A stretch of 64,000 nt of DNA from Candidatus Hydrogenedentota bacterium (GTDB lineage: Bacteria; Hydrogenedentota; Hydrogenedentia; Hydrogenedentales; SLHB01): NCBI GenBank assembly GCA_963668025.2, contig CAXXTH010000023.1, positions 352,001 through 416,000 on the forward strand, given 5' to 3'. How positions within the stretch are numbered: position 1 is the stretch's first letter; every line of letters begins with the position of its first letter. The translations under genes and the position numbers were made by a program. The notes under the pieces were generated by a model, which did no database searches, was not told the origin of the DNA, and worked only from the letters and a program-made list of their open reading frames with translations. Shown piece after piece: positions 58,604-64,000 of this stretch.

Positions 58604-59365
58604 TTAGATGCGGCGTATGGCAGCCACGGGCCGCGTGATCTCTCCGCAGGTATCAAGCGGCTGTTCGAGATCCCACTCGTTCCACCAGCCGATGAACTCG
58701 AAATCGTCGCGCTGGCGCAGGAACAGCAAGAATTCCTGTGGATATATGGCCCGCTTGATGGCCTTTCCTTCGAAGTGGCGCTTCCCGCCATTATCGTCGG
58801 CATCGAGAATCAGCGTTTCTTCGTAAAGCTGGCATGCCCGGTTCACATTACGGCACACAAGGCTTGCATGAACGGCGATGCCGTCACGCTCTTCTTCCCA
58901 TGCATCCACGATATCCACCGTCGGAGTGAAGTCGATACACCGATCCAAGACATACAGGCCGCCGGGCTTGAGCGCCCGCGCCATGGCGTCGAAATGGCTC
59001 CACAATTCGCCATTGTCCGTGACGTATAGAGAGCCCAAAAAGACGGCCGCTAAATCAACAGGCTCCTGCAAATGAAAATCCACCAGATTGGCTTGTATGA
59101 ACTCCGCGGAGCCGCCATGCGCCTGTGCTTTGGCCTTCGCATATTCCAGCATGGATGGATTCAAGTCCAGGCCAATGTACTCATATCCGCGCGCCAGCCA
59201 TTCCGGGAGATGCGGCGCATTGCCGCATCCAATTTCGAGTATCCGCTGGGGAGGAGCCGCCATATGCCGCTGCGCGATTTCCTCAAGCGCATCGGCCTCT
59301 GCTTTTACATCACGAAACGAGAATGCAATCTCATAGTATTCAGGATGATCAAACGAGCCATGCAT
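58604..59365 (-). CDS. Class I SAM-dependent methyltransferase
   Basis: LEIGCGNA, GLDLNPSML, LKPGGLYV. Confidence 0.9.
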   Translation of the reverse strand: MHGSFDHPEYYEIAFSFRDVKAEADALEEIAQRHMAAPPQRILEIGCGNAPHLPEWLARGYEYIGLDLNPSMLEYAKAKAQAHGGSAEFIQANLVDFHLQEPVDLAAVFLGSLYVTDNGELWSHFDAMARALKPGGLYVLDRCIDFTPTVDIVDAWEEERDGIAVHASLVCRNVNRACQLYEETLILDADDNGGKRHFEGKAIKRAIYPQEFLLFLRQRDDFEFIGWWNEWDLEQPLDTCGEITRPVAAIRRI

Positions 59366-59520
59366 GTGGTATACATTCTCCTTTCCAAAAATAAACGTGT
59401 CCCGCCGCGTATGCATAAGGCACTCCCATGACGCAATGAATAGCTGGTTTCCGTTCTGGATTTCCCAGCCCGTGTACAGTACCATGAGATTTCGTACGTG
59501 GCAACGAGGAGAAACTTACC

Positions 59521-60867
59521 ATGTCTGAAACAATACCTTGTCTTGAAGAGCAACTGAATGACTTTGATCCGTCACGCCGGCGCTCGGCTCTTGAACAGCT
59601 TGCGGCAATGGCGCTCCGTGGCGAAGCCGCCCTGGCTCACGAACGGCCCTGGCTCAACCTGCACAGCCATACGTTTTTTTCGTTCAATGGCTACGGGTAT
59701 TCACCGAGCTACTTTGCGTGGAAAGCGCGCAAGGAAGGCTTGGCGGCTGGGGGCATAGTGGATTTTGATGTCCTGGATGGCGTGGATGAATTTCTGGACG
59801 CCGGGCGCATTCTTGGGTTGCGGGCCTGCGCGGGCATGGAGACGCGCGTTTTTGTGGAAGCGCTAGCGGACAAAGTGATCAATTCCCCCGGCGAACCTGG
59901 GGTGGCGTATTTCATGGCGATGGGATTTCCGAATGGAAACGCGGCCCATCAGGCCGTGCCACAGGAATTGCACGCCATCGCCCAGCGTAGAAACCAAATG
60001 ATGCTTGGCCGGATCAACCCCTTTCTTTCCCCAGTAGAAATCGATTATGAACGCGATGTGCTGCCTCTTACGCCTGCGGGCAATGTAACGGAACGCCACC
60101 TTTGCATGGCGTATGATCAAAAGGCCCGGGCCACTTTCAATGCGGAAAATTTAATAAAGTTCTGGATGGAAAAACTGTCCAGCGACGCCGAAACGGTTCG
60201 AAATGCCCTCGCTTCCCCGCCGGTTATGCAAGGCCTCATTCGCGGCAAGACCATGAAAGCAGGGGGCGTAGGTTATGTGCCCGCCCAAGGGCCTGATTTT
60301 CCCGCGCTCGAACATGTGGCGCGTTTCGCTTTGGATGCGGGCGCTGTGCCGACATACGCCTTCCTGGATGGTTCGAACGAGGGCGAGGCGGACATGGAGC
60401 GGCTGTTTGATGTAATGGGGCAGGCCGGTGCGGCCGCCGTCAACATCATTCCTGACCGCAATTGGAATTTCCGTGACGCCGACACCCGGCGCAAAAAAAC
60501 GGCGCTATTCCACCAATTCACCCGCATGGCGGTTGATCGCGGCATGCCTATCGTCGTAGGCACCGAAATGAACGCCCATGGGCAGCGTTTCGTGGATGAT
60601 TTTGACGCGCCAGAAATGGCGGAGTTCGCCGGTGAATTTCTTAAAGGGGCGTATGTATTTTATGCGCATACGCTGCTTGAAGCGCGCGGCTCCATGGGGT
60701 ATTGCAGCCCATGGGCGGCGAAGTCGTTTACATCAACGGAGGCGAAAAACACATTCTATGAGCGCGTGGGACGCGCTGTCGCGCCAGAAGCTACGCAGGT
60801 GCTCGATGGTGTTGCCCCTGTGATGACAACGGAAGAAGTGTTGCTGATGGCGAAGGCCACTGCATAA
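59521..60867 (+). CDS. PHP-domain-like metal-dependent hydrolase
   Basis: NLHSHTFFS, VDFDVLDG, GMETR, VGTEMN. Confidence 0.75.
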   Translation: MSETIPCLEEQLNDFDPSRRRSALEQLAAMALRGEAALAHERPWLNLHSHTFFSFNGYGYSPSYFAWKARKEGLAAGGIVDFDVLDGVDEFLDAGRILGLRACAGMETRVFVEALADKVINSPGEPGVAYFMAMGFPNGNAAHQAVPQELHAIAQRRNQMMLGRINPFLSPVEIDYERDVLPLTPAGNVTERHLCMAYDQKARATFNAENLIKFWMEKLSSDAETVRNALASPPVMQGLIRGKTMKAGGVGYVPAQGPDFPALEHVARFALDAGAVPTYAFLDGSNEGEADMERLFDVMGQAGAAAVNIIPDRNWNFRDADTRRKKTALFHQFTRMAVDRGMPIVVGTEMNAHGQRFVDDFDAPEMAEFAGEFLKGAYVFYAHTLLEARGSMGYCSPWAAKSFTSTEAKNTFYERVGRAVAPEATQVLDGVAPVMTTEEVLLMAKATA

Positions 60868-60919
60868 AACCGTTCATCCGGATGCTTCGGCCTGTTTTCC
60901 AGGTTGAAACATCCGGGTC

Positions 60920-61729
60920 TTATTCAGAAAGCCGAAATAACCGCCGCGCGTTTTCAACGGTGCGCTGGGCGAGTTCTTCCACGGATTCGCCGCGCGTTTC
61001 AGCCAATGTTTGCAAGGTATAGCAAACATACGCCGGTTCGCATCGTTTGCCCCGCACGGGCTGAGGCGCTAAATAGGGGCTATCCGTCTCGACCAGCAGC
61101 CTCTCCACCGGCACGGCTCGGGCGGCGTCCCGCAATTCCTGGGCTTTAGGAAATGTGACATTGCCCGCGAATGAGATGTGCAATCCCCATCCCAGGGTGC
61201 GTTCCACGAAATCTGGCCCTCCGGCAAAACAATGCATGACGCCGCCAGCGGGCAATGGAGCATATTCATCAAGGATGGCGCTTACATCTTCGTGGGCTTC
61301 GCGGTTATGGATGGCCACCGGCAGAGCCAATTCCCGCGCCAATTCGAGCTGGGCGATGAACGCTTCGCGCTGCGCTTCTTTCGGCGTAGTGCAATAACGG
61401 TAATAATCAAGCCCTGTTTCACCAATACCCACTACGCCCGGCGACAAGGCCAGCTCGCGAAGTGTATCGAGCGCGGAATCGGAGTCCGGGGTCGTTTCGC
61501 CACATAAGAGGGCCGCATGATAGGGATGAACGCCCACTACGGCGTACACACCCGGCCCGCACAGCTCGATGGCGCGGCGGCTTGCTTCCAGGTCATCGCC
61601 CACCACGATAAGAGCCTCGAGGCTATGGCGCGCCCGCTCAAGCACTTCTCCACGATCCGCGTCAAACGCTTCACTCTGGACATGGCAATGCGTATCAATG
61701 AGCAGCGTCTTCACGCAGCTAGAAATCAT
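60920..61729 (-). CDS. tatD: TatD family deoxyribonuclease
   Basis: DTHCH, GVHP, IGETGLDY, HNRE, MHCF, ETDSPYL. Confidence 0.95.
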   Translation of the reverse strand: MISSCVKTLLIDTHCHVQSEAFDADRGEVLERARHSLEALIVVGDDLEASRRAIELCGPGVYAVVGVHPYHAALLCGETTPDSDSALDTLRELALSPGVVGIGETGLDYYRYCTTPKEAQREAFIAQLELARELALPVAIHNREAHEDVSAILDEYAPLPAGGVMHCFAGGPDFVERTLGWGLHISFAGNVTFPKAQELRDAARAVPVERLLVETDSPYLAPQPVRGKRCEPAYVCYTLQTLAETRGESVEELAQRTVENARRLFRLSE

Positions 61730-62676
61730 GATTCATCCGGTTCCGATGTTTCCGGGCTATTGGCGCCTGGGCTGGTGTGTTTGCGTTTGCGGCGGCGTTT
61801 GCGTTTTTTCGGTGCTTCTTGTCCTTGAGCCACAGGGGCGCCAGTGGCGGGAGGGGCGGCGCTTTCGGGCGAAAACGGCTCGTACTCATCCGTGAGGTTA
61901 TTAAGCTCTTCATCGTCGTACGCGATGCTTTCGCCAATATCTATGAGCGCGGATAAATCGTCTTCTTCGAATATCTCTTCGAGCCCTTCTTCACGTACGG
62001 CCTCGCCGCTCGAGGCCAGTGCGCTCGCTATCTTCTTGCCGCCATATTGGTCATTTTCGTATCCCAGGCAGCAGAGCAGGCGTCCGCACTGGCCGCTGAT
62101 TTTGGTGGGATTCAATGACAGATTCTGCCGCTTGGCCATCTTCATCGAGATGGGTTTGAATTCCCGCAGCCAGGATGCGCAGCACAGTTCACGCCCGCAC
62201 ACCCCAAGCCCGCCCGTAAGCCGTGCCGCATCGCGCACTTGGATATGCCGCAGCTCGATGCGCACGCGCAGCGCCTGCGCCAAATCGCGCACGAGCTGGC
62301 GGAAATCCACCCGGTCCGCCGCGGTAAAATAGAAGACGGCTTTATGCTTGTCGAAGGTGTATTCCGCGTCCACCAGCTTCATGGGCAGGTGGCGTTCCCG
62401 GATTTTCTCTTCGCACACCTGCATGGCTTTATGTTCTTCGGTTTGAAGCTCGATGAAGTCCGCCTCATCGCTCAAAGAGGCCTTGCGGACGACTTCCATT
62501 TTGATGCGCTCTCCGGCGTCGTCTGGGCAAGATTCCGGAGGGATAACGCACACGCCATATTCGAGGCCGCGGTCGCTGCGTACAATGCACGGGTCATCCC
62601 GTTGCAGTTCGATGTCCGGGCACAAGAATGTGTACACCCGCGTGGCCCTGCGAATTCGTATTTTCACCGATTGCAT
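61726..62676 (-). CDS. ricT: PSP1/RicT (YaaT) family protein
   Basis: RVDFRQLVRDLA, GVCGRELCC, ISGQCGRLLCCLGYE. Confidence 0.92.
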   Translation of the reverse strand: MQSVKIRIRRATRVYTFLCPDIELQRDDPCIVRSDRGLEYGVCVIPPESCPDDAGERIKMEVVRKASLSDEADFIELQTEEHKAMQVCEEKIRERHLPMKLVDAEYTFDKHKAVFYFTAADRVDFRQLVRDLAQALRVRIELRHIQVRDAARLTGGLGVCGRELCCASWLREFKPISMKMAKRQNLSLNPTKISGQCGRLLCCLGYENDQYGGKKIASALASSGEAVREEGLEEIFEEDDLSALIDIGESIAYDDEELNNLTDEYEPFSPESAAPPATGAPVAQGQEAPKKRKRRRKRKHTSPGANSPETSEPDES

Positions 62677-62707
62677 TTATAACGTCTCCATAGTGGACGG
62701 CCGCCGT

Positions 62708-63796
62708 TTAGGGCGCGGCCAATGCAAAGAATAAGTCTCGAAATACGCGGTCTTCGCTCACAAAGCGTTCGAGGAGCCGCCGGTTTTTCTCGATAGCCAC
62801 GATTTTAGCGCCGGGGTCCGAGGAGCCTTCCCGTTCCAAGCGGCCAATCTGATCCCGGTTAAGCACATGCCCATGATCGCCTGCGGCGGCATAAATTAAC
62901 TGATCGCGGTACCAGGTCTCCAGTAAATACAGGTATTCCTGCAAGTTCCGTTTATGCAGCGCATCCACCGCCGCCATTTGTTCTTCTTTGAGCTGCTCGC
63001 GCTCTTCCGGCGTCATGCTCTGGCGATCCCGGACATCCAGCGCCGCGTCAATACTCGACTCATCAGCCTTGCGCTGCTCGGCCAATTTCTTGATGAACTC
63101 TTCGGAAATAACGACGGGGTCGTCCCCTTGCGCCAGGCGCTCGGTGATGGACAAGATAATAGCGCGTTTGTCGGAATCCACCAGATCAAGGGCTCGAGTC
63201 ATTTGGCCTTGAGACAGGCCCGCGATGGCTTGCGCAAGCTCCACGGGCAAATCGCGCTGGGCTTGGAGGAGTTCGACGATGGTTTCCGTGCGCAAACAGC
63301 GGAAACGCACCTGCTGGCAGCGTGAACGGATGGTCGGCAACAGCATGCGGGGAAATTGTGACAGCAAGATAAAAAGGGTGTTGCCGGGCGGCTCTTCCAA
63401 GGTCTTGAGGAAATGATTCTGGGCTTGCAGATTCATCCGCTCCGCGTCTTGCAAGATCACCACGCGCCATTGGCTTTCATATGGGCGCAGCGCCGCCTGT
63501 CCGGTCACATCTTCAATGACCTCGATGGAAATCTGCCTCGATTTTTTCGCGGGGATGACGATGCGCAAATCCGGGTGGTTGCCGCTGGCCGCTTTGCGGC
63601 ACGACAGACATTCGCCGCAAGAATCATCTTCCTTGTTGCGGCAATTGATGGCTTTCGCCATCTCGATGGCGGCCATGCGTTTGCCCACGCCGTCCGGCCC
63701 GCAAAAGAGCAAGGCGTTCGGCACGCGGCCGCGCCGCAGCACATTGCGCAGCAACCGCAAGGCCGTGTCCTGATCTCGAATGTCCTGAAAACTCAT
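62708..63796 (-). CDS. holB: DNA polymerase III subunit delta'
   Basis: GPDGVGK, C..CGECLSC, NHPD, LKTLEEP, TIRSRC. Confidence 0.93.
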   Translation of the reverse strand: MSFQDIRDQDTALRLLRNVLRRGRVPNALLFCGPDGVGKRMAAIEMAKAINCRNKEDDSCGECLSCRKAASGNHPDLRIVIPAKKSRQISIEVIEDVTGQAALRPYESQWRVVILQDAERMNLQAQNHFLKTLEEPPGNTLFILLSQFPRMLLPTIRSRCQQVRFRCLRTETIVELLQAQRDLPVELAQAIAGLSQGQMTRALDLVDSDKRAIILSITERLAQGDDPVVISEEFIKKLAEQRKADESSIDAALDVRDRQSMTPEEREQLKEEQMAAVDALHKRNLQEYLYLLETWYRDQLIYAAAGDHGHVLNRDQIGRLEREGSSDPGAKIVAIEKNRRLLERFVSEDRVFRDLFFALAAP

Positions 63797-64000
63797 ACTA
63801 TGGATTTCCTGTAAACAGGAGAATCATACCGTGTCGGCGGCATGGCTGTCACATTTTGGCCGGATGCAAGCGCGCAGGGAGAGGCAGAAGCCCGTACCCT
63901 TCTTTTCCCGGCGCAACGGCATACACACCCGTGTCGGCTAGAGGTTGCGCGCACCATATGCAAGCACAAAAAGCGGAAGAGCTTCTCTGGGAACACTCTT

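Noticed and set aside
53276-63796. Missing ftsH after tilS-hpt and missing metG between ricT and tatD
   Set aside because: Ordinary operon rearrangement with no sign of disruption
1-64000. CRISPR array or cas genes
   Set aside because: No regularly spaced 25-45 bp repeats with unique spacers were seen; the repeats present are TIRs, REPs or 9-10-mer triplets

Overview
Bacterial chromosomal window of moderately high GC. The gene content (ECF sigma fused to a TM helix and carboxypeptidase-regulatory-like repeats, SASA esterases, URO-D family protein, PHP-like protein) suggests a Candidatus Hydrogenedentes/PVC-like organism; this is inference only. Bases 1-12.8 kb are a mobile hotspot around tRNA-Arg(CCG). 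It holds two abutting IS elements (an IS4/ISAs1-like DDE element with 15-bp TIRs and a 9-bp TSD, and an ISKra4 element), a decayed prophage (integrase, lysozyme, LamG tail fibre) cut off by an ISAs1 element, and two copies of a 122-bp MITE. All three of these IS carry a small DUF6788-like protein, each in a different arrangement. The rest is mostly core and cell-surface genes (SASA pair, GH42-like, PpiC, tlyA-ispF-ispD-PIN/TRAM-punA-accA, manC, pdxH, B12 radical SAM, flgM, tilS-hpt, holB-ricT-tatD). Embedded among them are an IS701-like element with its own HTH gene, an integrase-less integron cassette, a modular REP-containing dispersed repeat, a Zn-finger microprotein, an unknown secreted protein with strong expression signals, and an active/inactive TlpA thioredoxin pair sharing a Tyr hexapeptide repeat. 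Family names come from motif recognition by eye, not database searches.
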